A stretch of DNA of 61,092 bases from assembly GCA_041389825.1 (NCBI GenBank), contig JAWKRC010000007.1, positions 1 to 61,092 on the forward strand, read 5' to 3'. The translations under genes were made by a program, and so were the position numbers. A model generated the notes under the pieces. It was not told where the DNA came from. It made no database searches and saw only the letters and a list, made by a program, of their open reading frames with translations. Source of the stretch: Polyangiales bacterium. Its GTDB lineage: Bacteria; Myxococcota_A; Polyangia; Polyangiales; Ga0077539. Below are positions 1 to 11,592 of the stretch, piece by piece (position 1 is the stretch's first letter; the number at the start of each line of letters is the position of its first letter).

Positions 1-210
1 GGCGTCGGCGAGGGCGAGCGCGGGGTCGCCCACGATGCGCACGCCGATGGGGCGGCCGACGAGCCCGCCCGCGTCGCTGCCCACCTCGGGGCTGCCGTGG
101 TGCTCGAGCGCGCCCACGAGCCGCACGTCGGCGGCGTCGATCACCTGGTCGATGACGAGGCGGCCCATGCGCCCCGAGGCTCCCGCCACCGCGACGCGCA
201 GGAGGCTCAC
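1..210 (-). CDS. dapB: 4-hydroxy-tetrahydrodipicolinate reductase DapB, N-terminal part (gene continues beyond the window start)
   Basis: Reverse-strand translation reads VSLLRVAVAGASGRMGRLVIDQVIDAADVRLVGALEHHGSPEVGSDAGGLVG. This matches the DapB NAD(P)-binding N-terminus (VAVxGAxGRMG). The GTG start at 208-210 overlaps the dapA stop (GTGA). Confidence 0.75.
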   Translation of the reverse strand, partial: MSLLRVAVAGASGRMGRLVIDQVIDAADVRLVGALEHHGSPEVGSDAGGLVGRPIGVRIVGDPALALADA

Positions 211-1094
211 ACCGACGCTCCCGTCGCGCGGAGGGCGGCCACGGCGCGCTCGACGTTGGCCTCGCTCGGCCACGCGAGGGGCAGGCGCGCCTCGGGGCGG
301 ATCTTGCCCATGCGCGCGAGGAGGCCCTTCACGGGGCCGGGGTTGGTCTCGGTGAACATGGCGTCGTAGAGGGCGAGGAGCTTCTCCTGGCGGCGGCGCG
401 CCTCGGCGAGGTCGCCCGCGAGGAAGGCCGCGACGACGCCCTGCACCGCGGCGGGCGCGGCGTTGCTCGCGACGGAGATCACGCCCTTCGCGCCCACGGC
501 CATCATGCCGACGGTGAGGATGTCGTCGCCGCTGAGCACGGTGATCCGGTCGCCGAGCGCGGCGTGCACCGACTGGGCGCGGAGGATGTTCCCGGTGGCC
601 TCTTTGAGGGCGATCACGCGGGGGCAGTGCTGCGCGATCTCGACCACGCTCTCGGCGGCGAGGTCGGCCGTCCCTCGGGTGGGGACGTTGTAGAGGACGA
701 TGGGGATGTCGGTCGCGTCGTGCACGGCGCGCACGTGGGCGACGAGGCCGCGCTGGGTGGGCTTGTTGTAGTAGGGCATCACCACCATCGCGGCGTCAGC
801 GCCGGCCTCGCGGGCGGCGCGAGTGCGGGCGATGGTCTCGGCGGTGGCGTTGGTGCCCGTGCCGGCGATGACGGGTACGCGGCCCTTGGCGACGCGCACG
901 GCGGTCTTGATGAGCTCCAGGCCCTCGGCGGCCGAGAGGGTGGGCGACTCGCCCGTGGTGCCGACGGGGACGATCCCCGCGATGCCCTCGGTGATCTGCC
1001 ACTCGCACAGCGCCTCGAAGGCGGGGATGTCGAGCGCGTCGTCGCGGAAGGGAGTGACCAGCGCGGTGTACGCGCCTGCGAGCCTGAGCGTCAT
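207..1094 (-). CDS. dapA: 4-hydroxy-tetrahydrodipicolinate synthase
   Basis: The 295-aa product MTLRLAGAYTALVTPF...GIVPVGTTGE...YNKP matches the DapA family. The start codon was chosen at the internal ATG (1094) of the longer ORF 207..1658. There is a 4-bp ATGA overlap with the upstream GH57 gene. Confidence 0.9.
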   Translation of the reverse strand: MTLRLAGAYTALVTPFRDDALDIPAFEALCEWQITEGIAGIVPVGTTGESPTLSAAEGLELIKTAVRVAKGRVPVIAGTGTNATAETIARTRAAREAGADAAMVVMPYYNKPTQRGLVAHVRAVHDATDIPIVLYNVPTRGTADLAAESVVEIAQHCPRVIALKEATGNILRAQSVHAALGDRITVLSGDDILTVGMMAVGAKGVISVASNAAPAAVQGVVAAFLAGDLAEARRRQEKLLALYDAMFTETNPGPVKGLLARMGKIRPEARLPLAWPSEANVERAVAALRATGASV

Positions 1095-2641
1095 CGTTCG
1101 TCCTCGGTGAAGAAGTCGGCCGGGGTGAGCGAAGGCCACGGCCGGGGGGACTCCGTGGGCCGGTCCCTTCCCACAGATAGAGGGGATTCGTCCACCCCGC
1201 GGAGGACGTCGTTCAGCGCGGCGAGGTGCCCCCGCCAACGCCCCAGCGCGTACCCGCTCGACCGCGCGAGGAAGGCCCAGTCCGACGACAGCGCCAGCGA
1301 TAGCTCCCGCGACGCGCGCCCGAAGCGACGATCGCCCGCCCGCACGAGAGACTCCACCGCAGCGCACGCGCGCTCCGTGGGCCGCAGCGACCACGCGACC
1401 TCGGGCGAGAGCCACACCGCGCCGAAGCCCCCCTCGCCCCACGTGCTCGACGACGGAGACACCACCGCGTCCGTCCGCCAGCGGTCGAGGCACTCCGAGG
1501 GCGTCATCGCCGTGAGCACGTCGGAGCGCGCCGCGTGGCGCAACGCGGCCTCGACGAAGGCCGGGCCCTCGCACCACCAGTGGCCGAAGAGCTCCGCGTC
1601 GTAGGGGCAGAGCGAGGTCGCGCCCTCGCACCCCCGCGCGAGCGTCCACCGCGCCCACGCCTCGCGGTCGCGCACGAAGCGCTCGGCGTGCTCCTGCGCG
1701 CGGGCGAAGGCCGCCGCCGGGTCCCAGGGCTCCTTCACTTCATGGCCCGTGACGCGCCAGGGCTTGAGGCCCGTGAACTGCCGCGTCCCGTCGGCGGCGG
1801 TGAAGTCCGTGAGGGCATCCTCGGGGAGCGTGAAGCCCGCGTCGGCGTGAAAGTCCCGGTAGACGGTGTCGGAGGGGTAGCCCACCTCGCGCGACCACAC
1901 CGCGCGGCTCGCCTCGGGGTCGCGACCGAACACCGCCAGCCCTGCCCGCGTCCGCGACGGGCGCGCGAGCCCCCACCGCGGCGCGGGCGTCGCGTGCAGC
2001 ACCCCGTGCGCTTCGAGCACCGTCCAGCGCACGCCCTCGTCGACCAGCACCCCGTCGACGCCGTCGAGCCACCCGCACTCGGGCAGCCAGAAGCCCCTCG
2101 CGTGGAGCCCCGTCGCCTCGCGGAACTCCCTGAGCCCCGCCCTCACCTGCGCGCGCGCCACCGCGGGGTGGTGACGCAGCCCCGGGAGCCACGCGTGCGT
2201 AAGGGCCGTGGTGAAGAGCTCGACCCCCTCGCGCGCGAGGTCGACGAAGCCTGAGACGAGGTCTCCGCCGAGCGCGCGCCAGAGCTCGCGCGACGACGCG
2301 ACGGCGCGGGCGTGCGCGTCGAGGGCCGGCGTGAACGCGGCGTCGAAGCGGCGATCGCGGCGCGCCGCGGCGATGAGTCGGTCGAGCTTGTCGAGGTGCC
2401 GCGCGAAGCGAGCGCGGAGGAGCGCGTCGCGGAGCATCGCGAGGAGCGGCGGCGAGAGCGAGAGCGCGACCCGCGGAGCGACCCCGTCTCGCGCGAGCCG
2501 CTGGAGCGCCGTGAGGAGCGGCAGGTAGCTCTCGTGGATCGCCTCGAAGAGCCAGCGCTCCTCGAGGGCGTCGTCGTGCTCGGGGTGGCGCACCCACGGC
2601 AGGTGGGCGTGGAGCACGAGCGAGAGGGCGGCCTCGGTCAT
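1091..2641 (-). CDS. glycoside hydrolase family 57 protein (1,4-alpha-glucan branching enzyme-like, DUF1957 type)
   Basis: 516 aa with N-terminal LVLHAHLPWVRHPE, the GH57 signature. High GC3 coding in this frame. The plus-strand overlapping ORFs are antisense artefacts. Confidence 0.85.
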   Translation of the reverse strand: MTEAALSLVLHAHLPWVRHPEHDDALEERWLFEAIHESYLPLLTALQRLARDGVAPRVALSLSPPLLAMLRDALLRARFARHLDKLDRLIAAARRDRRFDAAFTPALDAHARAVASSRELWRALGGDLVSGFVDLAREGVELFTTALTHAWLPGLRHHPAVARAQVRAGLREFREATGLHARGFWLPECGWLDGVDGVLVDEGVRWTVLEAHGVLHATPAPRWGLARPSRTRAGLAVFGRDPEASRAVWSREVGYPSDTVYRDFHADAGFTLPEDALTDFTAADGTRQFTGLKPWRVTGHEVKEPWDPAAAFARAQEHAERFVRDREAWARWTLARGCEGATSLCPYDAELFGHWWCEGPAFVEAALRHAARSDVLTAMTPSECLDRWRTDAVVSPSSSTWGEGGFGAVWLSPEVAWSLRPTERACAAVESLVRAGDRRFGRASRELSLALSSDWAFLARSSGYALGRWRGHLAALNDVLRGVDESPLSVGRDRPTESPRPWPSLTPADFFTEDER

Positions 2642-2780
2642 GGCGGCGCGCGCACTCTATCTCCGCGGCGACCGTCGACCGCGAGGGTCGAACCGCTCAC
2701 CCCGCCGGGGCGACCGCTCGGGGGGCGAAGCCGCTTGACGCCCCGCGGGAGTCCCTCTATCCCCGCGCACGGCCGAAGCG

Positions 2781-4076
2781 ATGTCGACGCCTCCCTTCAC
2801 GATCCTCGGCGCCGGCCTCACCGGCCTCTCCGCGGCGCACCACCTCGGTGGCGACTACCAGGTGCTCGAGCGCCTGCCCCACGTGGGCGGTCACGCGATC
2901 ACCCTCGAAGAGCGCGGCTGGCGCTTCGACCGCACGGGTCACCTCCTGCACCTGCGCGACCCCGAGATCCGCGCGTGGATGGAGCGGGTCTTCCCGCCCG
3001 GCCACCTCCGCACGGTGCACCGCCGCAGCCAGATCTGGTCGCACGGGCGCTACACCCGCTACCCCTACCAGGCCAACACCTTCGGGCTCCCCCCCGAGGT
3101 CGCCAACGAGTGCCTGCTCGGATACCTCAAGGCGCGCTTCCCCGAGGCGCCGCACGCCGCGCCGACGAACTTCGAGGAGTTCTGCCTCCAGCACTTCGGC
3201 GAGGGCTTCAGCCGCCACTTCATGATCCCGTACAACTCGCGGCTGTGGGGCGTGCACCCCCGCGAGATCACGGCCGAGTGGTGCTCGCGCTTCGTTCCGC
3301 TGCCCAAGCTCGAAGACGTCGTCGCGGGCGCCGTGGGGCTCAACGACCGCGAGCTCGGCTACAACGCGAGCTTCCTCTATCCGCCGACGGGCATCCACGA
3401 GCTGCCCGAGCGCATCGCCGAGCACGTCTCGCCCATCCGCTTCGAGACCGCCCCCGCCGCCGTCGACTGGAGGAAGCGCGAGCTCCGCTTCGCCGACGGC
3501 CACGTCGAGCCCTACCGCGCGCTCATCACCTCGGCGCCCTTGAAGACCCTGGTGTCGACGCTGGTCGACGCGCCCGCCGAGGTGCGCGCCGCGGCCGACA
3601 AGCTGCGCTGCAACCACCTCTGGTACATCGACCTCGCGTCGTCGGCGCCCGCGGGGAGCGAGCTGCACTGGGCCTACGTCCCCGAGGAGAAGTACCCCTT
3701 CTACCGGGTGGGCGTGTACTCGAACTTCAGCGACGCGATGGCCCCGCCCGGCGGGTCGTCGTTCTACATCGAGCTCGCCGACCGCGACGAACCCGACATG
3801 AGCGTCGTGGGTCCGCGCGTGGTCGAGGGCCTCGTCGAGATGGGCCTCCTGCGCTCGCCCTCCGACGTGGCCTTCATGCGCGCGCGCCGCATCGATTTCG
3901 CCTACGTGATCTTCGACCACCACTACTTCGAGAGCCTCGCCGCGATCCGCCCGTTCCTCGCAGAGAACGGGATCATCTCGCAGGGGCGCTACGGAGCCTG
4001 GAACTACTCGAGCATGGAAGACGCCTTGATCTTCGGCCGCGACGCGGCCCGTGCAGCCCGCGAGGTCGCGCCGTGA
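2781..4076 (+). CDS. NAD(P)/FAD-dependent oxidoreductase (amine-oxidase / UDP-galactopyranose-mutase-like flavoprotein)
   Basis: N-terminal Rossmann dinucleotide motif FTILGAGLTGLSAAHHL...VLERLPHVGGH. 431 aa. Starts with ATG at 2781, divergent from the GH57 gene. Confidence 0.8.
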   Translation: MSTPPFTILGAGLTGLSAAHHLGGDYQVLERLPHVGGHAITLEERGWRFDRTGHLLHLRDPEIRAWMERVFPPGHLRTVHRRSQIWSHGRYTRYPYQANTFGLPPEVANECLLGYLKARFPEAPHAAPTNFEEFCLQHFGEGFSRHFMIPYNSRLWGVHPREITAEWCSRFVPLPKLEDVVAGAVGLNDRELGYNASFLYPPTGIHELPERIAEHVSPIRFETAPAAVDWRKRELRFADGHVEPYRALITSAPLKTLVSTLVDAPAEVRAAADKLRCNHLWYIDLASSAPAGSELHWAYVPEEKYPFYRVGVYSNFSDAMAPPGGSSFYIELADRDEPDMSVVGPRVVEGLVEMGLLRSPSDVAFMRARRIDFAYVIFDHHYFESLAAIRPFLAENGIISQGRYGAWNYSSMEDALIFGRDAARAAREVAP

Positions 4077-4804
4077 GTGAGAAGCCCAACGGCAGCGCGC
4101 ACCCGCGCATCTCCATCGTCATCCCGGTCTACAACGAGGAGTCGATCCTCCACGCCGCGGTGGTCGACCTGCGCGAGCAGCTCGCCGACTTCGGGTGGCC
4201 CTACGAGATCATCCTCGCCGAGAACGGCTCCCGCGACGGCACGGTGCCCATCGCCCGCGCCCTCAGCGAGAAGTACCCCGAGGTGAACTTCTTCTCGCTG
4301 GGCGAGCCGAACTACGGCAAGGCCCTGCGCGAGGGGATCTTCCGCGCGCGCGGCGAGTTCGTCGTGTGCGACGAGATCGACCTCTGCCTCGTGGACTTCT
4401 ACCGCCGCTCCCTCGAGATCCTCGAGAGCAACGAGGCCGACCTGGTCATCGGCTCGAAGGTGCTCCAGGGCGCCTCTGACGAGCGGCCCCTCGTGCGCCA
4501 CGCCGCGACCTTGTTCTTCAACGGCCTCCTGCGGGTGACCCTGGGCTTCCGCGGCACCGACACCCACGGCATCAAGGCCTTCCGCCGCGTGGCCCTCCTC
4601 GACGTCGTGCGCGCCTGCCTCGTCGACAAGGACGTCTTCGCCAGCGAGCTGGTCATCCGCGCCGAGCGCGGCGGGGTGCGCATCCGCGAGATCCCCGTGC
4701 GCATCCTCGAGAAGCGCCCGCCCTCGATCAACCTCTTCAAGCGCGTGCCCAACGTGCTCAAGAACGTCGGCAAGCTCTTCGTCGCGATCCGCATCCGCGG
4801 CTGA
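4073..4804 (+). CDS. family 2 glycosyltransferase (dolichyl/polyprenyl-phosphate sugar transferase-like)
   Basis: Product reads VSEKPNGSAHPRISIVIPVYNEE...ENGSRDGT...DEIDL, a GT2 DxD-type fold. It is the C-terminal part of the long ORF 2312..4804. The GTG start overlaps the upstream stop (GTGA). Confidence 0.8.
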   Translation: MSEKPNGSAHPRISIVIPVYNEESILHAAVVDLREQLADFGWPYEIILAENGSRDGTVPIARALSEKYPEVNFFSLGEPNYGKALREGIFRARGEFVVCDEIDLCLVDFYRRSLEILESNEADLVIGSKVLQGASDERPLVRHAATLFFNGLLRVTLGFRGTDTHGIKAFRRVALLDVVRACLVDKDVFASELVIRAERGGVRIREIPVRILEKRPPSINLFKRVPNVLKNVGKLFVAIRIRG

Positions 4805-4860
4805 GCGCCCTCGCGATTTCGGCCACTTCGCGCGGCGCTCCGTCGCGCGGCTTGCGCGCC

Positions 4861-4891
4861 CTCGGGGCGGCTGTCAGCTTGCTGCCCCGAG
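4861..4891. terminator. GC-rich hairpin between convergent genes (candidate bidirectional terminator)
   Basis: CTCGGGGC-15 nt loop-GCCCCGAG, a perfect 8-bp stem. It sits in the 147-bp gap between the GT2 end (4804, +) and the kinase gene end (4952, -). No U-tract is present. Confidence 0.3.
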
Positions 4892-4951
4892 CGGCGGAGC
4901 CGGTTGTCCCCCTCCCTCCCCCTTTCGCCACGGCTCCGCCGCTCCTTACCC

Positions 4952-6204
4952 TCAGCGCGTGAGCGACGCGAGCTCGGCGCCGTCGCGGGGGCGACGCGAG
5001 GGGTCGACCGACACGCAACGCTCCACCAGCGGGCCGAGGCGCCCGTCGCGGTCGAGGCCGAGCTCCCGCGCCATCACCCCGAAGGCGTACACGTCGTGCG
5101 AGGGCGACGCCGCGCTCGGCCCCTGCGCCTCGGGGGCGACGTAGCCCGCGGTGCCCTCCATCGCGCGCGAGGCGTGGCCTACGGCGCGCGCGAGGCCGAA
5201 GTCGGTGAGCACCGCGCGGCCGTCGGCGCGAAGGAGCACGTTGCCGGGCTTGAGGTCGCGGTGCACCCAGCCCGCGGCGTGGATGTGCGCGAGCCCGAGC
5301 GCGACCTCGTGCGCCCAGCGACGCGCCTCGCCGGCGGTGACGTTCCCTTGCGTGATGCGCGCGCGCAGAGAGCCGCCGGGGAAATACTCCATCACGATGG
5401 CGCCGAGCGACTCGTGCAGGGCGTGCACGCGCACGACGTGGGCCGAGGCCACGGCCGCCGCGACCTGGGCCTCGCCGCGCAGGCGCGCGCCGCGGTCGGC
5501 CCTCGCCTGCGGGTGGTAGAGCTTCAGCGCGACCTGCCGGTCGAGGCGCGCGTCGCTCGCGAGGAAAACCGCGCCCGCGCCGCCGCGGCCGAGCTCGCGC
5601 AAGAGGGCGTAGCGGCCGACGCCCGCGCGCGCGTCGGGGGCGAGCAGCGTCGCGCCCGCGTCGCCCGCGCGCACCGGGCGGTCGTAGCGCGCCCTGCGCT
5701 CGCGCGCGCCGGGGAACTCCAGGTCGACGCCCATCACCAGCTCGAACCAGCGCGCCGCGCCCGCCGCGTCGCCGCGCTGCGCGGCGAGCTCCCCGAGGCG
5801 CATCATCGCCGGGGCGGCGTGGCGGGGTCGCCGAGCGCGACGCTCGCGAGCAGCGGCTCGGCCGACGAGACCTCGCCCGGGCCACGAACCAGTCGGCGAG
5901 CTTCACCCGCGCCCGCGCGGGCAGCGTCGCGCGCGTCGCCGTCTCGCGCAGCCAGCGCAGGAGCGCGAGCGACGCGGTGCGGTCGGCCTCGACGTCCAGC
6001 GGCGCACGGCCTCGTCCACCGCGTCGACGTCGGGCATCGAGCGAGGCCGCGAGCGGGTCCCTCGCGCGCTCGGCGGGGCGGGCGAGGTCGGGCGCGGGCG
6101 CGCAGGCGCGTCAGGCGGCGGCGGGGCGTCGCTGTCGAACACGCGCTCGGCCCCGGCGGCGGGTCGAAGGCGAAGAGCCGCTTCAGGAAATCACGCAGCG
6201 CCAT
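4952..6204 (-). pseudogene. Ser/Thr protein kinase, N-terminal region interrupted by apparent frameshift(s)
   Basis: The C-terminal 284-aa ORF carries a full Hanks kinase domain (LGRGGAGAVFLA, HRDLKPGNVLL, DFGLA, APE). The upstream ORF 5803..6204, in another frame (MALRDFLKRLFAFDPPP...), starts 4 codons before the stop of the preceding gene and degenerates into R/A-rich off-frame text. Confidence 0.55.
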
Positions 6205-7347
6205 CGTCGACCGTCACCGTCACCGCGCCCGACTCGAGCCGGTCGCCCGCCGCGAGCACGAAGGGGAGCGCCACGCCTGCCCGTCGAGGAGCACGGGCGC
6301 GTCGGGCGCGAACACCGCGCCGCGCGGCTCGAAGCGCAGCGCGCCGAGCGGCGTGCGGTGCTCGGCGGCGCAGAAGGGACGAAGCGGCGCCCGCGGTCCA
6401 TCCCGTGCTCGACGCGGAGGGTGAGCGCGCGGTCGTCGCCCTCCACCGCGAGGGTGAGGTCGGCGCCGAGCGACACCCGCTGCCCCGCGCGCAGCGGGAG
6501 CGCGCCCGCCACGGGCAGGCCGTCGAGCGCCGTCCCCCCGCGGCCGCCCGCGTCGCGGAGCACGAAGACGTCTCCCTCGCGCGCGACCTCGCAGTGCCGC
6601 CAGACACCGACGCGCCGCGCACGGCGACGTCGCCCTCGCGGCCCACCACCGCGGGGAAGCGCCCCACCACCACCACCCGCTCCCCCTCCGTCGTCAGCGC
6701 GCAGCGGCCCGCGGTGAGCACCCTCGCCCCGCGCTCGTCGAGGAGCCGCCGCGCCTCGTGGTCGTCGCCGTGCGCCCTCGCCCACGCGCGCAGCGCGTCG
6801 AGCGCGGCGAGCCGGTCGCCGCTGCGCCAGAGCGACTCGAAGCCCTCCATCGCCGCCCGTCGTCGGAGCTCGTGCCGCTCGGCGGCCTCGCGGTCGTCGG
6901 TGACCCTCTCGAGCTGCTCGATGTCGCCCGCCGCGGTGAGCGCGCGCACGACGGCGTCGCGGTCGTCGAGCAGGCCCCACGCGCGCGCGGCGTCGCGGGG
7001 CGCGCCGAGGGCCTCGAGCTCGCGCGCGGCCTCGAGAGATCGTCGCCGCTCGTCGTCGCTGCGCGGCGGGGCCTGGCCTCGAACTCGGCGAGGGTCACGT
7101 CGGCGAGCCCGCGCCGGGCCTGGTCACGGAGCTCGTCGAGGCGCGCGAGCTGAAAGGCGCGGGCGTAGCGGTCGCGGCGGGCGGAGATCCCCTCGGCGGT
7201 CTGCGCGGCGCGGAGGAGGGCGCGCGCGGCCTCGGCGCGGTCGCCCGCGTCGAGGTAGAGCCGCACGGCGTCGTCGACCCTGCCGTCGGCCTCGGCGCGC
7301 TCGGCCGCGCCCGTCGATCGGAACACCCGAGACAACCACGCCCACAT
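6191..7347 (-). pseudogene. TPR-like plus FHA-domain protein, interrupted by at least 3 apparent frameshifts
   Basis: Sensible protein text jumps between all three minus frames. 7347-7045: MWAWLSRVF...LDELRDQARRGLADVTLAEFEA. 7045-6620: ...ARELEALGAPRDAARAWGLL...VVGRFPAVVGREGDVAV. 6620-6420: ...VSRRHCEVAREGDVFVLRDAGGRGGTALDGLPV...LRAGQRVSLGADLTL, a classic FHA. 6420-6191: ...FVLAAGDRLESGAVTVTVDDGAA*. A 1-bp indel was localised in cccgccgcgcagcgacgacgag (~7045). Confidence 0.5.
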
Positions 7348-7435
7348 GGAAGACCTTCGGTCGGACGTGTTAGAACCGCTCGCGGCGCGGGCTGCGCCGT
7401 CGAAGCCGCCGTTTGTACCACCAAAGAGGCAACTG

Positions 7436-9170
<1,735 letters not shown>

Positions 9171-9180
9171 GGCGTAGCGG

Positions 9181-10302
9181 ATGACTGCGGCGGAGGCTGG
9201 GCAGCCCAACCTGCTCGAGCTCTTGAAGGTGATGGTCGAGCGCGGCGCGAGCGACCTGCACATCACGGCCGGCGCGCCGCCGATGCTGCGCGTCGACGAC
9301 CAGCTCGTGCCCCTGCGGCGCGGCGCGGTGCTCACCCCCGCCGACACCCAGCGGCTCTGCTACCAGATCCTCACCGAGGAGCAGCGCGCCCGCTTCGAGC
9401 GCACCTGCGAGCTCGACCTCTCCTTCGGCGTGAAGGGCCTCGCTCGCTTCAGGGCCAACGTGTTCATGCAGCGCGGGGCCGTCGCGGCGGCCTTCCGCGC
9501 GATCCCCTTCAAGATCCTGTCGCTCGAGGAGCTGGGCCTGCCGCCCGTGGTGTCTGAGCTCGCCTCGCGGCCCCGGGGCCTGGTGCTCGTCACGGGCCCC
9601 ACGGGGGCGGGCAAGACCACGACGCTCGCGTCGATCGTCGACAAGATCAACACCGAGACGCGGCAGCACGTCATCACGATCGAAGACCCGATCGAGTACA
9701 TGCACGCCAACAAGAACTGCGTCGTCAACCAGCGCGAGATCGGCAGCGACACGGCCACCTTCAAAGAGGCCCTGCGCTACGTGCTCCGGCAGGACCCCGA
9801 CGTGGTGCTCATCGGCGAGCTGCGCGACCAGGAGACCATTGAGGCCGCGCTCACCGTCGCCGAGACCGGCCACCTCGTCTTCGCGACGCTGCACACGAGC
9901 AGCGCGTGGCAGGCCGTCAACCGCATCATCGACACCTTCCCCTCGCACCAGCAGTCGCAGGTGCGCGTGCAGCTCTCGTTCGTGCTGCAAGGGGTCATCA
10001 CCCAGCTCCTCCTGCCGCGCGCGGGGGTGCCGGGCCGCGTCGCCGCCGTCGAGGTGCTCCTGCCCAACCCGGGCATCCGCACGCTCATCCGCGAAGACAA
10101 GATGCACCAGGTCTCCTCGCTCATGCAGGTGGGCCAGTCGAACACCGGGATGCAGACCATGAACCAGTCGCTGGCCTCGCTCGTGGCGCGCCGGCTGGTC
10201 ACCACCGAAGAGGCCGTGTCGCGGTCGAGCGACCCGGCCGAGCTGCACCAGCTCATCGAGGCCGCGCGCGCCCCCGCCCGCGGCGCCTCCCGCGACGCGT
10301 AG
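9181..10302 (+). CDS. pilT: twitching motility ATPase PilT
   Basis: 373 aa. Contains GLVLVTGPTGAGKTTT, IEDPIEY and AIRNLIREDK-like motifs. Intact frame. Confidence 0.9.
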   Translation: MTAAEAGQPNLLELLKVMVERGASDLHITAGAPPMLRVDDQLVPLRRGAVLTPADTQRLCYQILTEEQRARFERTCELDLSFGVKGLARFRANVFMQRGAVAAAFRAIPFKILSLEELGLPPVVSELASRPRGLVLVTGPTGAGKTTTLASIVDKINTETRQHVITIEDPIEYMHANKNCVVNQREIGSDTATFKEALRYVLRQDPDVVLIGELRDQETIEAALTVAETGHLVFATLHTSSAWQAVNRIIDTFPSHQQSQVRVQLSFVLQGVITQLLLPRAGVPGRVAAVEVLLPNPGIRTLIREDKMHQVSSLMQVGQSNTGMQTMNQSLASLVARRLVTTEEAVSRSSDPAELHQLIEAARAPARGASRDA

Positions 10303-10377
10303 CGGCGCTGTACGACATCTCCACACGCCGAGTGAGTCTTTGACCCCGCGGCGCGGGCCTGCGTACCATCGTGGGCG

Positions 10378-11580
10378 ATGGCGCAGTTTCAGTACGAGGC
10401 CAAGACGCGCACCGGGGAGCTGCGCACGGGAGTACTCGAGGCCGACGACGAGGCCGCCGCCGGCGTGAAGCTGCGCGCGCAGCAGCTCACGCCCGTGAAG
10501 GTGAAGAAGAAGGGCTTCACCCTCCCGTGGGGCGGCGGGAGCGTCACCACGAAGGACCTCGTGGTGTTCACCCGTCAGTTCTCGACGATGATCGACGCGG
10601 GCCTGCCGCTGGTGCAGTGCCTCGAGATCCTCTCGACGCAGAACGAGAACCCCGCCTTCGCGCGCATCCTCCGCGCGGTGAAGCTCGACGTCGAGGGCGG
10701 CATGACCTTCAGCGACTCGCTCTCGAAGCACCCCGCGGTCTTCGACGTGCTGTTCTGCAACCTGGTCAAGGCCGGAGAGATCGGCGGCATCCTCGACACG
10801 ATCATGCAGCGCCTCGCCGCGTACATCGAGAAGAACGCCAAGCTCGTGCGGCAGGTGAAGTCCGCGATGACCTACCCCATCGGCGTGCTCTGCATCGCCG
10901 TGCTGGTCATCGGGATCATGATGGTCTTCGTCATCCCGACCTTCGAGAACATGTTCAAGGAGTTCGGCGGTCAGCTCCCCGAGCTGACGCAGATGGTGAT
11001 CGACCTCTCGCACTTCTTCGTGAACAACCTCTTCATCATCATCGGCTCCATCGTGGGCGTGGTGATGGGCATCCGGTACTGGCTGCGCACCCCGAAGGGG
11101 CGGCAGACCTTCGACCGCGTGCTGCTGCAGTTCCCGGTGATCGGGCCGACGATGCGCAAGATCGCCGTCGCGCGCTTCACCCGCACGCTCGGCACCCTGC
11201 TCGCGTCGGGCGTGCCGATCCTCGACGCGCTCGAGATCGTGGCGAAGAGCTCGGGCAACTGGGTGATCGAGCAGGGCCTCATGGCCGCGCGCGCGAAGAT
11301 CGCCGAGGGCAAGAACATGGCCGAGCCCCTCGCCGAGGCCAACGTGTTCCCGTCGATGGTGGTGCAGATGATCGCGGTGGGCGAGCAGACCGGCGCGCTC
11401 GACACGATGCTCAACAAGATCGCCGACTTCTACGAAGAGGAGGTCGACGTGGCCGTGGCCGCGATGACCTCGCTCCTCGAGCCGATCATGATGGTGTTCA
11501 TCGGCGGCTCCGTCGGCACGATGATCATCGCGATGTACCTGCCGATCTTCACCCTCGCCGGCAACGTCAAGGCCGGCTGA
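10378..11580 (+). CDS. pilC: type IV pilus inner-membrane platform protein PilC
   Basis: 400 aa. MAQFQYEAKTRTGE..., the duplicated T2SF domain organisation. Confidence 0.9.
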   Translation: MAQFQYEAKTRTGELRTGVLEADDEAAAGVKLRAQQLTPVKVKKKGFTLPWGGGSVTTKDLVVFTRQFSTMIDAGLPLVQCLEILSTQNENPAFARILRAVKLDVEGGMTFSDSLSKHPAVFDVLFCNLVKAGEIGGILDTIMQRLAAYIEKNAKLVRQVKSAMTYPIGVLCIAVLVIGIMMVFVIPTFENMFKEFGGQLPELTQMVIDLSHFFVNNLFIIIGSIVGVVMGIRYWLRTPKGRQTFDRVLLQFPVIGPTMRKIAVARFTRTLGTLLASGVPILDALEIVAKSSGNWVIEQGLMAARAKIAEGKNMAEPLAEANVFPSMVVQMIAVGEQTGALDTMLNKIADFYEEEVDVAVAAMTSLLEPIMMVFIGGSVGTMIIAMYLPIFTLAGNVKAG

Positions 11581-11592
11581 CGCGCCCCGCCC

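Noticed and set aside
1181-2770. CCTCTATC(T/C)CC motif seen 3-4 times (1185, 2652, 2755, 3375)
   Set aside because: Two of the copies are inside coding sequence. An 8-mer recurrence of this kind is expected by chance. Possibly promoter-associated for the GH57 and oxidoreductase divergent pair, but unsupported.
2312-4076. N-terminal 590 aa of the 830-aa ORF 2312..4804, and ORFs 2757..3923(-) and 1535..2254(+)
   Set aside because: These lie antisense to, or out of frame with, the GH57 and FAD-oxidoreductase genes and give R/P-rich nonsense. Only the last 243 codons (GT2) carry real protein signal.
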